Part shown: in pieces, positions 1-9,604 of the stretch
Layout: every line of letters starts with the position of its first letter
Numbering within the stretch: position 1 is the stretch's first letter
IMG/VR virus record: IMGVR_UViG_3300027983_000009
Coordinates: 18,681-82,680 of that record
Length of the DNA: 64,000 nucleotides
Reading direction: 5' to 3' (one strand)
From: a virus
Position numbers and translations under genes: made by a program
The notes under the pieces: model-generated
The model's input: the letters and a program-made list of their open reading frames with translations, nothing else
What the model was told of the DNA's origin: nothing
Databases searched by the model: none

Positions 1-1
1 A

Positions 2-211
2 GCGTTTAATATCCGACCTCTGGAGGTAGCGATGCCGGAGCAGCTGCGGACCGAGCAGCAGGTGGAGGAGATAGCACAAGAGATTGTGCAGGGGATGCTG
101 GAGTTAGAGGACACAGAGTACGAGTCAAGCATGCTGGCATTACGCGCCGACGATGTGCTGGTGTACACAGCGGTGGCTGCGGCTATCGCTAAAATTGGTC
201 AAGAAGAGTAA
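2..211 (+). CDS. Partial hypothetical protein (5' end outside the window)
   Basis: Frame open from base 2 to TAA at 209-211 (…LRADDVLVYTAVAAAIAKIGQEE*). Confidence 0.6.
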   Translation, partial: AFNIRPLEVAMPEQLRTEQQVEEIAQEIVQGMLELEDTEYESSMLALRADDVLVYTAVAAAIAKIGQEE

Positions 212-240
212 ACCACAGACAATAGCTAACAGGAGGCCAG

Positions 241-633
241 ATGGTCACAACAACAAAAGACGAAGTATCTACGAAGGTGCAGATAGAGCAGGGCGAGTCG
301 ACTGAGGCTGCCCTGCGAGAGGTTGGTGTCGCAGCAGCTGCTGCTGGCGTACTCGGGAAGTTGATGCGAGGAATTGCTGATCTTGTGGATGACGCGGTTT
401 CCACGGCCAGCATCTCACCAGCAATTTCAGGGATCGTGCTGACGAGGGACCACAACACCGACTATTTTATGGTGACAATCCAGTTCGATCGCGAGGTCGA
501 ACCTGTTGCAATCAGTGCGCTTACAGACAGGTTGTCTGCTAGCGTTAATACCGGCAGGGGTAACGAAGGTGGTGAGAGCACCATGCTCGAGAGGCGAGCA
601 AAAGCGGTGGACGTCCACGGTGAGACACCGTAG
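241..633 (+). CDS. Hypothetical protein
   Basis: 130-aa ORF; GGAGG RBS just upstream. Confidence 0.75.
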   Translation: MVTTTKDEVSTKVQIEQGESTEAALREVGVAAAAAGVLGKLMRGIADLVDDAVSTASISPAISGIVLTRDHNTDYFMVTIQFDREVEPVAISALTDRLSASVNTGRGNEGGESTMLERRAKAVDVHGETP

Positions 634-688
634 TACCGGCCATTTTGTTTTTGCTGTTTTTTTTAACTGGTCAGTGGAGTTGCCAACC

Positions 689-1465
689 ATGATGGGTCGC
701 AGTATATTTGGCAGATTATTCGGAACATCAAAGCCAGTGGCACCAGCACCGGATATTGCGGCAGTTCTGTTAAAGGTGGCTGAGCTGCAGCAACTGGTGC
801 TGGTGCAAATGGACACGTTGCGAGAGCTGCGGCAGTTCACGTTCAGAGCGGCTGCGTCATTGCTGACGCAGTCAGAAGGTTTGAGGACGTCGCAAGAAAA
901 TTTGCGGAAACTAGTGTGGCGGCACCTTGTGGTACCGCCAAACATACCAGAGATTGACGTTATTTCGGAGAGCGAGTTTATGTCCTACATCAATAAGCAA
1001 CTGACGCTGGCTGACCCACGTCTGACGGACTCGGATGTGGTTATCCAGCAGGTGACTATCAGTCAGGCTAACGCTGAGCCACTCGTTGTTAAGGTGCCAG
1101 CCCTGGCAGACCAGGTTGTGCAATTCTCCGTGTTGCAAGACACGGTGTACACAATAACCTTGAGCTACATCGACGACGCAGGTAACAGCTCAAACCCGAG
1201 CATTACGGAGTTTGTGGCGATCGACGATGTTGCGCCGTTGGGTCCGGATGGTGTAGGCACGGTCAAGTCATTCAGCGAGACAGCAAGTCCGCTGTTTGCC
1301 ACGCTACCAGCAGCACCAGAGGCGGTTGAGCCTGTTGTGGTTGAGCCTACTGTGGTTGAGCCTACTGTGGTTGAGCCTACTGTGGTTGAGCCTACTGTGG
1401 TTGAGCCTGTGGCGCCAAGCAGTCCAGACGGGGCGACAGGACCGACTGGCCCGTATGGGGAATAG
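689..1465 (+). CDS. Hypothetical protein with a beta-rich (Fn3-like) segment and a VVEPT-repeat tail
   Basis: GGAG RBS before ATG at 689, within ORF 506-1465; YTITLSYIDDAGNSS resembles an Fn3 C-terminal strand. Confidence 0.65.
   Translation: MMGRSIFGRLFGTSKPVAPAPDIAAVLLKVAELQQLVLVQMDTLRELRQFTFRAAASLLTQSEGLRTSQENLRKLVWRHLVVPPNIPEIDVISESEFMSYINKQLTLADPRLTDSDVVIQQVTISQANAEPLVVKVPALADQVVQFSVLQDTVYTITLSYIDDAGNSSNPSITEFVAIDDVAPLGPDGVGTVKSFSETASPLFATLPAAPEAVEPVVVEPTVVEPTVVEPTVVEPTVVEPVAPSSPDGATGPTGPYGE
1323..1410 (+). repeat. 15-nt coding tandem repeat (VVEPT, 5-6 units)
   Basis: GTGGTTGAGCCTACT repeated in tandem. Confidence 0.9.
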
Positions 1466-1547
1466 TAGGTCTTTGTGCGAATTCGCGGGTCGCAGGTTTA
1501 GCTGATAAACCGTCTAGTCAGCGAAGATCTGTGGCCCTGCGCTCAGT

Positions 1548-1576
1548 AGAGGACCCTCGGTTTCCGAGGGTCCTCT
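1548..1576. terminator. Perfect 13-bp hairpin, possible terminator
   Basis: AGAGGACCCTCGG-TTT-CCGAGGGTCCTCT in an intergenic gap; no clear U-tract. Confidence 0.5.
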
Positions 1577-1634
1577 CACTCATAACACTCACAACCCTGC
1601 TGGCTCACAGCAGGACATCAACAGGTTCGCAGAT

Positions 1635-2096
1635 ATGCCTAATTCAGCTTCAGTGTGTCGTGTTAGTCGTGTGAAACGGGAAATCGCAGAGGCGTCGCGT
1701 CAGCAGGGTGTGCTGGAGATCCAGCAGGGTGGTAGCCACTACAAAGGCTGTGGTATTGAGCCTGTGACGTACTCGTTGGCAAACAACCTAGGAGGTATCG
1801 AGTTCGAGGTTGTCAAGTACATCACGAGGCACGGAAAGAAAGGCGGCGTAGAGGGTGGTATCACAGATCTCAAGAAGGTGATTCACTACACGCAGATATT
1901 GTTGCAGGAGTTTTACGGTGTACGGTCTACGTTCAATGTCATCGAGGTAGAGAAAGCAAAGCAGAAGCAGAAGCATGAGAAGCATGACACAGATAAACAG
2001 TTCGGCGACACAGCGAAACGACGAAGCGTCAGGAATAAGGTGTCGAGTACTGGCCGACAGTCGGCACCCAAACGGAAGCCGTCTAACAACACTTGA
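1635..2096 (+). CDS. DUF3310 (SaV-like) phage protein
   Basis: QQGGSHYK…IEP…KYITRHGKKGG…DLKK motifs; true start may be further downstream. Confidence 0.8.
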   Translation: MPNSASVCRVSRVKREIAEASRQQGVLEIQQGGSHYKGCGIEPVTYSLANNLGGIEFEVVKYITRHGKKGGVEGGITDLKKVIHYTQILLQEFYGVRSTFNVIEVEKAKQKQKHEKHDTDKQFGDTAKRRSVRNKVSSTGRQSAPKRKPSNNT

Positions 2097-2922
2097 GATC
2101 AGGTATAATCGGTTCATCCACAGCGAGCTGTTGACTCACCGCAGAAACTCACGTAACTCCGCATCGTCCCGAGCCATCCCTGTGCGGCAGATGCTTCGTG
2201 ACGTTTATAGGGATCCGGTTGTACCGGTTTATTGGGGGGCGGCTCAGCAAGGTATGCAGGCCTACTCCCAAGTTTCTGCACTGAGAATCTGGGTTTGCAG
2301 ACGGCTGTGGCTCACTCTGCGACTTTTCGTGATCGCTGTTGCGTGGGCGATGCTGAAGCTCGGCCTACACAAACAGATCCCTAACAGGCTGCTGGAGCCA
2401 TGGATGTGGATCACTGTTGTCCTCTCAGGAACCACCAGCTCATTTGCGAACCTGTTCGCATTACGCTGCCACGAGAAAGCAGAGCCGCATATCCAGATAC
2501 TGGCTGGGCTTATTCGCGAATGTATGTCTGCTAATCAGGCAGCGGGGAAGGTCTCGCAACTCCATATTGGTGACTGGCATCTACCGTTCATAGACAAGGT
2601 CGAGGACTGGGCCATAGACTATATCGACTTACCGAAGGTGGCCGCTGCGAGGTGCGCTCGTGTGTCGTATTTGACACATAACGGTAGCAGGGCGCCAGCG
2701 AAAGATCTGGATCTGTATGACAGACTTGTTGCCGATACACCTAAGCACGCAAGTGCGCTGGAGCATGCCGCCAAGTGCATCAATGTAGATTGTACTACGC
2801 TAGAAGGCTACAAAGCAGCGGCGGCAGCGTCAGGTAATTTCGAGCATGGTTGGCAGCAGTTAAGGAAGCTGATCTCTAATGAGGCGACTGACCGGCCTGT
2901 GACCGACGAGCTATGGTCGTAG
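1975..2922 (+). CDS. thyX: FAD-dependent thymidylate synthase (Thy1/ThyX family, phage type)
   Basis: RFIHSELLTHR-x-SRNSASSRAIP, LHKQ-x-NRLLEPW, AARCARVSY, HASALEH. Confidence 0.85.
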   Translation: MRSMTQINSSATQRNDEASGIRCRVLADSRHPNGSRLTTLEIRYNRFIHSELLTHRRNSRNSASSRAIPVRQMLRDVYRDPVVPVYWGAAQQGMQAYSQVSALRIWVCRRLWLTLRLFVIAVAWAMLKLGLHKQIPNRLLEPWMWITVVLSGTTSSFANLFALRCHEKAEPHIQILAGLIRECMSANQAAGKVSQLHIGDWHLPFIDKVEDWAIDYIDLPKVAAARCARVSYLTHNGSRAPAKDLDLYDRLVADTPKHASALEHAAKCINVDCTTLEGYKAAAAASGNFEHGWQQLRKLISNEATDRPVTDELWS

Positions 2923-2956
2923 TAGGGATCAGCTGATAGCTAAAGAAAAGAATTTG

Positions 2957-2988
2957 TAGCCCACACTCGTATGAGTGTGGGCTATTTG
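2957..2988 (+). terminator. Probable intrinsic terminator
   Basis: TAGCCCACACTC-GTAT-GAGTGTGGGCTA-TTTG downstream of thyX. Confidence 0.65.
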
Positions 2989-3032
2989 TGTTCTAAGGTT
3001 GTGCTCTTTTACACGTAGAGAGGGGGTGTGAT

Positions 3033-3938
3033 GTGCAGATAACGGGCAGCGTCAAGCCTGTAACGTACGCTACGCAAGTTAAGAGTGACCCTTTACGCAA
3101 AGGGTGGTCTGCCGACTGCAAAGGAGATCCTGTAGGTGTCGGCAGGTACAGCCGAATCACGGAGGAGGTCGAATCGTTGGTGTGTGGGGTCATGGTGTTT
3201 AGTAAATACAACGGGGAACATGTAACGTGTTACAACGTAGACCATAGACTCAGTAAGTCACAAAATTTAGACAGTGTAATAAGCACCGCATTAGAGTCCC
3301 ACGACTACCTGGTTCCTGAAGATGTTGGACGCATTGGGTCTCAGTTGTTACGTAACCTTTTCATGTTTGAAGACAAGTACTACCGAAGGGTCGAGTCACA
3401 GCGGCAGGAGTATAGCGATACCAGAAAAACACCTGCGTCGTTTCAGCAACTGCTTGCATGGCTGACTATGATGTCTGTAGTTGTAGTGCCTGTGCGGTTG
3501 CGTAACGGTGTATTCCACAAGGTAGACTGGATACGGATAAACAAGCGTCGCAAATTGGTAGAGCGAGATGTCTCTGCAATTTTCGTGGTGTCATGTGGAT
3601 CCGCTGCTGCCTGTATAAGTCAGCAGTACCACCGAGACCGCGGCTCGTTGGAGGGTAAAACACTGAATCGGGTGTTTAGGTGGGCGGATGAGGCGGTGAC
3701 CGCAGAGATCCGAATGTTCAATAGCTGGTTCAGTAACGAATTGTACGCAACCATTGTACTACCCGACGGTACCTCAAGGGAGCCATACAAGTTATTCGGG
3801 TATGGCCACCGATACGGTGCAGACCACCGAACGAATGGCACACTGCAGATACTTGCAATCACCAGGCCAGATTACAGGTTCAAATTCATTACAGGGGCAG
3901 ACGCATGCGATTTATTAGCCTCCCGGCCAAGCCACTGA
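3033..3938 (+). CDS. Hypothetical protein, paralog 1 of a tandem triplet
   Basis: C-terminal WA…FNSWFSNELY…YG motif shared with the next two ORFs. Confidence 0.7.
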   Translation: MQITGSVKPVTYATQVKSDPLRKGWSADCKGDPVGVGRYSRITEEVESLVCGVMVFSKYNGEHVTCYNVDHRLSKSQNLDSVISTALESHDYLVPEDVGRIGSQLLRNLFMFEDKYYRRVESQRQEYSDTRKTPASFQQLLAWLTMMSVVVVPVRLRNGVFHKVDWIRINKRRKLVERDVSAIFVVSCGSAAACISQQYHRDRGSLEGKTLNRVFRWADEAVTAEIRMFNSWFSNELYATIVLPDGTSREPYKLFGYGHRYGADHRTNGTLQILAITRPDYRFKFITGADACDLLASRPSH

Positions 3939-4984
3939 CGGTAGGAATTGTTAAGTTGAATTTTGTCGGCGAGATGGGGCCGCTGGGTAGCGCAGCCAGA
4001 ATGCACAACCCCAGAGCCAATATCAGGCCGCTGGTATACAGAAACTTCAAATCGAATAACGTAGATGAGGAGGCAACAGCAGAAGCTTTTATGCGAGACC
4101 CTACTTCTACTGGCTGCGTGTTGTTTGGGGCGAAATACGGCAGGTTGCTGCCGAGTGACAGCCAGACCTGGTTATTCCCTTCGGCTGGGTGGATCAGTAT
4201 ATCCTCAGTCAACTGTGTACGATTACGTGAGGCAGGTGCTAAGCGGTCTATGCTGTTTAGGATGTTATCAGAGCTGCTAAACGAGCCGTCGGTCAGGAAT
4301 ACTCGCTTTATTGCCGACGAGATGGAGCCGTACAACCTTGGGCCGTGGGGGGGTCGTGGTTACATGGACATTTTGTCTGAGTTGGACTGGCTGCGGGATG
4401 TGGTAGCAAGAGAGGCCCGCAACGCTTTTGTCACTACGCAGGATAGGCTTGGCGGTAAAGCGGATGCTGATGCTGTCAGCAGTGTGCCTTTCTACAAGCT
4501 GTGTGAGTGGGTAAAGAACCTGTGCGGTGCTTGCATCTTTGTGAGATACGATGGTAGAAAACTCACAGAATACCACGAACTGTCGCATTTCACACAGCCA
4601 CGGGATATCTCTGGCGTGTTCTTCATGCGGGCGCACGCGTTTAGGATACCGTTGCTGGGCTCGCAGTTGCTTGCGACGCCCAAGGAGGTGGCTGTAGATA
4701 CTGTTAAAGACTGGGCAGTTCGAGTACTTCGGAGAGATATTGATGAGTACAACGCGTATCTGGCGTCGGATGTCTACACGTGGTTTACGCAAGTCGACGG
4801 TGAAGACAAGGTGCTCGGTACACCGCTGTTTTATGGCAGCGACATAAGGAGGAACGGCCTACTTTGTTGTCTGGATCGTGTTATCAAAATTATGCATCCG
4901 TCAACAACGGTGAGATTAAGGCCAGACATCGCGACAGTAAAAATGGGAGAAGTTTATGCAAGTTACAATGCAGGCGACAGCTGA
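3905..4984 (+). CDS. Hypothetical protein, paralog 2
   Basis: WA…EYNAYLASDVYTW…FYGSDIRRNGLL. Confidence 0.7.
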   Translation: MRFISLPAKPLTVGIVKLNFVGEMGPLGSAARMHNPRANIRPLVYRNFKSNNVDEEATAEAFMRDPTSTGCVLFGAKYGRLLPSDSQTWLFPSAGWISISSVNCVRLREAGAKRSMLFRMLSELLNEPSVRNTRFIADEMEPYNLGPWGGRGYMDILSELDWLRDVVAREARNAFVTTQDRLGGKADADAVSSVPFYKLCEWVKNLCGACIFVRYDGRKLTEYHELSHFTQPRDISGVFFMRAHAFRIPLLGSQLLATPKEVAVDTVKDWAVRVLRRDIDEYNAYLASDVYTWFTQVDGEDKVLGTPLFYGSDIRRNGLLCCLDRVIKIMHPSTTVRLRPDIATVKMGEVYASYNAGDS

Positions 4985-6383
4985 GCGTTTGTTGATACCG
5001 GTGCGGTGCGACCCGGGTGATAAGTTATCGCCGAGCAGGCAGTGTAACCCTCGTTTCGATAACAGCAGGCACAGGGAACTTGTGTTTGCAGCTTCAGAGG
5101 GTGTGAGCGTACACGACCGTAATGTGGTTGATGGTGATGGCGGTGACTACCGGTATACAAAGTTTGTTTGTGTAGAAGCGGGGAGAAGAACACCTGACGC
5201 TGAGCGTTTTTATAGCTTGTTTTATACCGACAGCTGGCAAACGGGCGTTAGGCGTAACATGTTTAAGCCTACAGTTACCATGTACGGCTCATCTCCGCTG
5301 GGTGGAAGCCTGTCGTCGGTCGCACACGAGTTATTGGATCAGGCACTGCTGAGCGGGTCTATGCTATCGGCACACACTGGGGATGACGGTAGTGTGCCGA
5401 AGATACTCGAATACATGCTGAGGAGATGGCAGGTCAACACAAAGGGTGTAACTACCCAAATCTATGGAGAGCGGTCGACGATGCGTACACGTTACGCATG
5501 TATGACTAACCTGCGGCAGAAGATCCATTTATTGCAGAGCCTCACAGCTGCGGTGGTGTTTGTGAAATACAAGGACGGCCGCATGCAGCCTGTAGTAATA
5601 ACACCCACTGTAGTTGATGAGGCTATTGATGGGTACTTCTTTGTAACGTGGCGAGATGTTGCGAACAGGTTGGCCGATGCTTTCCCTGAGGATGACGTAT
5701 CCATTAGTGAGGCTATGCGTCGCGGTAAAGTGTGGGCAAATAAGATCTTGAATAAGGAGCTCCAGCAGTACAACCACTGGCTGGATTCCAATGTGCTCAC
5801 ATGGTGCGAAATACCAAGGCTATCGCCAGGGCGGTCGGCTGTGGTGCTGTGGCCCATGCAGCAACCTATGTTTTATGGCGAGAACATCCGCACCAGCGGC
5901 ATGTTGACGTATTTGACCCTACTGCGCAGTGCCAGCGGTTGGCGTAATGTGAAGGTAGCTACGGGCTGTGTCGAGGCAGCTATCAGCGATATTCCGTCTG
6001 GTGGGGTCTATTCGACGGCACCTGTGACGGTGCACGCAACGGGAATCGCTTTACTAGATCAGGCACTTTACAAACCTATCCTGAAGGAGAAGACCACAAT
6101 GGCAAAAGCTAAACCCGATCCACGAGAAGTGGAGGCGCTGCGAATGAAGCAGCTGGAGGAGATTAATGCGAATCCCCGCACACGGGAGGAGCTCGAGGCG
6201 TTGTTCGGGCAAGCATGGGACACCGCCCAGCTGACTGAGGATTTCGAGGTTAGGTCGTTTATAGCCCCGTACTGTGTGGTGACGCGTAAATCTGATGGTG
6301 CTGTTGGATCTCTGTGCTTCCAGCACAGACCACGGTTCTATTTTGATTTTGTCGAAGACACCAGCGCGATACCAAAGCTATGA
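4956..6383 (+). CDS. Hypothetical protein, paralog 3, fused in frame to a small conserved protein
   Basis: WA…QYNHWLDSNVLTW…FYGENIRTSGML; internal AAGGAG RBS plus ATG at 6099. Confidence 0.7.
   Translation: MQVTMQATAERLLIPVRCDPGDKLSPSRQCNPRFDNSRHRELVFAASEGVSVHDRNVVDGDGGDYRYTKFVCVEAGRRTPDAERFYSLFYTDSWQTGVRRNMFKPTVTMYGSSPLGGSLSSVAHELLDQALLSGSMLSAHTGDDGSVPKILEYMLRRWQVNTKGVTTQIYGERSTMRTRYACMTNLRQKIHLLQSLTAAVVFVKYKDGRMQPVVITPTVVDEAIDGYFFVTWRDVANRLADAFPEDDVSISEAMRRGKVWANKILNKELQQYNHWLDSNVLTWCEIPRLSPGRSAVVLWPMQQPMFYGENIRTSGMLTYLTLLRSASGWRNVKVATGCVEAAISDIPSGGVYSTAPVTVHATGIALLDQALYKPILKEKTTMAKAKPDPREVEALRMKQLEEINANPRTREELEALFGQAWDTAQLTEDFEVRSFIAPYCVVTRKSDGAVGSLCFQHRPRFYFDFVEDTSAIPKL
6099..6383 (+). 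CDS. Small conserved hypothetical protein (internal start)
   Basis: AAGGAGAAGACCACAATG; WDT..L..DFEV..F.AP..VV.RKSDG..GSL.FQH.PRFYF, a family I associate with Planctomycetes (unverified). Confidence 0.65.
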   Translation: MAKAKPDPREVEALRMKQLEEINANPRTREELEALFGQAWDTAQLTEDFEVRSFIAPYCVVTRKSDGAVGSLCFQHRPRFYFDFVEDTSAIPKL

Positions 6384-6553
6384 CAGCCAGGCGGGTCGTG
6401 ATACCTGGCTGGTACCAGCATTACTGGAAGTGCCGGGTCCGCAGTTGTCAGGCTGTGCACTGGTACAGGGCGGACAAGTGTCAGCGATGCGGCGCCCAGC
6501 TGTACCAGTTTGATAACCCCAGCTACACGCCAAGGAGCAAGAAGGTCGAGTAA
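6380..6553 (+). CDS. Small zinc-ribbon protein (57 aa, not in the ORF track)
   Basis: ATGA overlap with the previous stop; CRVRSC…CQRC. Confidence 0.55.
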   Translation: MTARRVVIPGWYQHYWKCRVRSCQAVHWYRADKCQRCGAQLYQFDNPSYTPRSKKVE

Positions 6554-6887
6554 CTGTGTTGTGAGGCTTACTCTGTGTTTGAATCTTCGACGATTTTGTG
6601 GTTGTAACCGGTTACAGCCACTCGTCGGTCGGTTTCGGTAGATATTCCGTACGACCATTTTGCGAGGGTTGAATTTCTGGAGAGGCTGCGACATGATACG
6701 CCCATCATTTGTGACGGATACATTTGACGAGTTTCTTGGGGCTGCCGCGTTGGCTAGCTGTTTTCTATTGCTGCCTGCAAGTTGCAGTGATACCGTTGCG
6801 TCAGTGCCTGTGAGTGGTCCTCGTATCTGTAAACCTTACACCCTACCGTCTCGGTGGGGCCTCGTTAACATGAAGGATGTTGAATTT

Positions 6888-7148
6888 ATGGTAGATGATA
6901 TGCCGGAACATGATGAGCCGCTCTACAGTGGTGCGGACAGTGATTTGCTGGTGGCCCCCGCAGAGGAGGATGCAGCAAAGGTCAATGGTTTCGTTAATGA
7001 CGACTTCGCCGAAGATGCCGACGATGATGCCGATGACGACGATGACGACGATGATGATGATGACGATGACGATGACGATGATGATGACGACGATGATGAC
7101 GACGATGATGACGACGAAGAAGACTACGACGACAATTTTGCAGGTTAG
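6888..7148 (+). CDS. Highly acidic poly-Asp protein
   Basis: AAGGA upstream of ATG at 6888; GAY run encoding ~30 consecutive Asp. Confidence 0.65.
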   Translation: MVDDMPEHDEPLYSGADSDLLVAPAEEDAAKVNGFVNDDFAEDADDDADDDDDDDDDDDDDDDDDDDDDDDDDDDDEEDYDDNFAG

Positions 7149-7196
7149 CCCAGCTTACAACGCAGCCTGCGTTGTTCTGGGGGCGAGTTGAGCGAG

Positions 7197-7229
7197 AGAG
7201 CGGGGGTTAATCCCCTCGCTCTTTTTTTG
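7197..7229 (+). terminator. Intrinsic terminator
   Basis: GAGCGGGGG-TTAAT-CCCCTCGCTC followed by a T-run. Confidence 0.7.
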
Positions 7230-7238
7230 TTTGGTCAC

Positions 7239-7265
7239 GCCTCTGTAGCGGCTTCATTTCTGCAG
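7239..7265 (+). repeat. Dispersed hairpin element, GCC/GGC class
   Basis: GCC TC TGTAGC GGCTTCATT TCTGCA G. Confidence 0.7.
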
Positions 7266-7292
7266 ACAAATATACAGAACTGGGTGTTCTTG

Positions 7293-7544
7293 ATGCGACA
7301 TGGTTTGGTACCGGGTCATAATGTTGACCAGCTGGATATCCGAGCAGGTCTGGAGGAGCTCAAGCTGTGCGGCTATACGGAGCTTGAAACTGTGCAGGTC
7401 ATCCAATATGCGATGCTGCGGTGGCGGCGAGGCGAGGAGGAGGCTGCAGAGCGGGGTGCAATCAATACTGAGTTCCATGGGATAAGTATGACATGTTGGA
7501 GACGTGTGCTGGCTGCAGCAATGGCTGCTGTGGCTGATAAGTAG
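7293..7544 (+). CDS. Hypothetical protein
   Basis: ATG at 7293 within ORF 7188-7544. Confidence 0.55.
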   Translation: MRHGLVPGHNVDQLDIRAGLEELKLCGYTELETVQVIQYAMLRWRRGEEEAAERGAINTEFHGISMTCWRRVLAAAMAAVADK

Positions 7545-7553
7545 TGTTCCAGT

Positions 7554-7579
7554 GCCTGTGCAGGGGCCTCGTATCTGTA
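7554..7579 (+). repeat. Dispersed hairpin element, GCC/GGC class
   Basis: GCC TG TGCAGG GGCCTCGTA TCTGTA, 18 nt before ATG 7598; a degenerate relative lies at 6806-6831. Confidence 0.7.
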
Positions 7580-7597
7580 AATGGGGAGAAGGGCGAT

Positions 7598-8317
7598 ATG
7601 AGCGATCTTGAGGTATTTGTGCTTTGCCACCCGAGAAAGGTGTGCACGACGACGCAACTCCTGCAGCGAGCAGGCGTTACACACACGATGTATGTGAATG
7701 AGGACAGTGATTTACCGTTTGACCATGCCGAATACTCGGTAGACCGGTCCTGGCGGCCATCTCAGCGGGATTACGCGGTTAGGCAGTACAGAGCGATGTA
7801 CGGGCACACCCAGATCCACAAACGCTCAAACGCGGCCATTACGCTGGTCTTTGAGGACGACGTGAAGCTCGGGTCGCTGACTAAGGCTTACTTGCGTAGG
7901 GCCATGGATGTGTGTCAGGATATTTTTGAGGTGTACCCTGATGTTCAGGCAATCAGCTTCCATGGCAGGAATCTGTCGCCTAATCGGCCGATCGTGTCGC
8001 TGCCTGGCATGCAGTTCAGTGCGTTGCAGACCAAGCCGCTCACAGAAGAAGCGCAGGTCAGGTTCCTGGAGCCGCTCTGGAAGGTTTCCATGGGTCTGAC
8101 TACTCCTCCTGCGCTCAAGTGGCACGAGGGTTGTTTGATGTACGCTGTTAATGAGTCAGGTCGCAAGATCTGGGCTGATACAGACTTGAGGCAAGGTTGG
8201 CCTTGCGACCTGTTCCTGGTGAATAAGCTGAACACGCTGGTTGTAACGAACTCGCCCGTTATGCATAACGAAACTGGCTCACTGATGACTCGTCCGCTCT
8301 ACGAGTCACCGGTATAG
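7598..8317 (+). CDS. Glycosyltransferase, GT25-like
   Basis: GHTQI…TLVFEDDV…CLMYAVN…PCD motif arrangement; GGAG RBS. Confidence 0.6.
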   Translation: MSDLEVFVLCHPRKVCTTTQLLQRAGVTHTMYVNEDSDLPFDHAEYSVDRSWRPSQRDYAVRQYRAMYGHTQIHKRSNAAITLVFEDDVKLGSLTKAYLRRAMDVCQDIFEVYPDVQAISFHGRNLSPNRPIVSLPGMQFSALQTKPLTEEAQVRFLEPLWKVSMGLTTPPALKWHEGCLMYAVNESGRKIWADTDLRQGWPCDLFLVNKLNTLVVTNSPVMHNETGSLMTRPLYESPV

Positions 8318-8323
8318 CGCTGT

Positions 8324-9604
8324 TTAGCTGGCCTTTGGTGCCAGGATGGCTAATCGCTGGAGCAGGGAGTGGATTTGGCCTCTGAGGTCCTGCTGCCCCT
8401 GCTCCAGACTGGCCACCCGTTCGGTGAGGAAGGTTAACCGTACTTCCGGGGCATCCATGTTGCAGACAGCATCTGAGTGCCGGCAGAAGATGTATTGGCG
8501 TAATCCGGGCTGATACCACAACTTTGGTGCCACAGGCTGCCAGATAAACGGTAATCGCTTCCCGGGAGCCAGTGTGAAGATGAGGTCCCCATCCTGACTG
8601 ACTTCGCCAGCGCTTAGTATTCTGTGTCTGGCCGGCATATCCTTCTCGGCTAGTGACAGCAGCCCGTTATGGGTTATTGGCTCTCCGAGGTAGACGGAGT
8701 ACTCCATGTTCCATCGGATAGACTCAGGGACAGCAGAATCCCCGATTGTTGCGATGGTGGGCGACATGTCCTGAGTGTTGACTGGTTTGTCGAAGACCTG
8801 CAACGCTGTACCGAACGTATCCCAGATAATCCCATAGCATGGTTGTCCTGTGTTATGCTGAATTTCCTGCATTTTCTTGCGAACAGCGATAATGTTACCC
8901 AGAGCAGTGCTCAGGGATGTCCCAGCGTTCGCATTAGCCCCGAAGCCCGGTCTGGTGTTCACGTACCAATTGACCCAATGCACAGGGATAGGGCGAATAA
9001 AGCGAGCGCTCTCTATGGTGACCCCTGTGATGGTAGTTCCGATCACTGGTGCGTTCACGTCAGCCCATTTATTGTTGTCTACAGCACTCGTACGCAGGTC
9101 TTTCTGTCTGACGACCTCACCGATCTGTAGATGTCTGTGTCCCGGAGGTGCGGATAACGTCCGCCACGTCGATCGAACAGGGTGTGCTACCATCGCACTC
9201 TGACGGTACATTGAATAGACAGCAGAGTTTCCTTTGACAGTCTGCTTTATGCTGCCAGGGTCGCTGTGCCAGTACTTGGAGACGCCAAGACCGTACCAGC
9301 AGACAGGAACAGGGATCCAGTGCCCCTGATGCCAGTACACAGCATCCTCAGAGATAACCTGATCCCCGTAGACGATCTTGTAGTCCTCAGGAGACGACGG
9401 AGCACAGAATAGCTGGAATGCTGTAGGAACAGCCTCAGAGTGCCAGAAAGCCGCAGTAGTGAGCTCCCACGTACCTGTGCTGGTATTACCAACGTAACAG
9501 CTGGGAAAGATGACCTCCCCTTCGGTCATCAGCCTGTATGGGGCCTTCATACTGTCAATTAACCGGTGTGTGTGAGTGGGGAAGGATTCTGCAGCTTCTG
9601 ACAT
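8324..9604 (-). CDS. Hypothetical protein with three internal [YH]R.L..GEV modules
   Basis: Long minus-strand ORF; GGAG RBS before MSEAAESF. Confidence 0.7.
   Translation of the reverse strand: MSEAAESFPTHTHRLIDSMKAPYRLMTEGEVIFPSCYVGNTSTGTWELTTAAFWHSEAVPTAFQLFCAPSSPEDYKIVYGDQVISEDAVYWHQGHWIPVPVCWYGLGVSKYWHSDPGSIKQTVKGNSAVYSMYRQSAMVAHPVRSTWRTLSAPPGHRHLQIGEVVRQKDLRTSAVDNNKWADVNAPVIGTTITGVTIESARFIRPIPVHWVNWYVNTRPGFGANANAGTSLSTALGNIIAVRKKMQEIQHNTGQPCYGIIWDTFGTALQVFDKPVNTQDMSPTIATIGDSAVPESIRWNMEYSVYLGEPITHNGLLSLAEKDMPARHRILSAGEVSQDGDLIFTLAPGKRLPFIWQPVAPKLWYQPGLRQYIFCRHSDAVCNMDAPEVRLTFLTERVASLEQGQQDLRGQIHSLLQRLAILAPKAS

Noticed and set aside
1296-1505. LSLLW-repeat ORF
   Set aside because: Alternative frame of the VVEPT 15-nt repeat.
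6603-6616. 14-bp palindrome TGTAACCGGTTACA
   Set aside because: Single occurrence with no supporting context.
6895-7191. Met/Thr-rich ORF
   Set aside because: Alternative frame of the poly-Asp GAY repeat.
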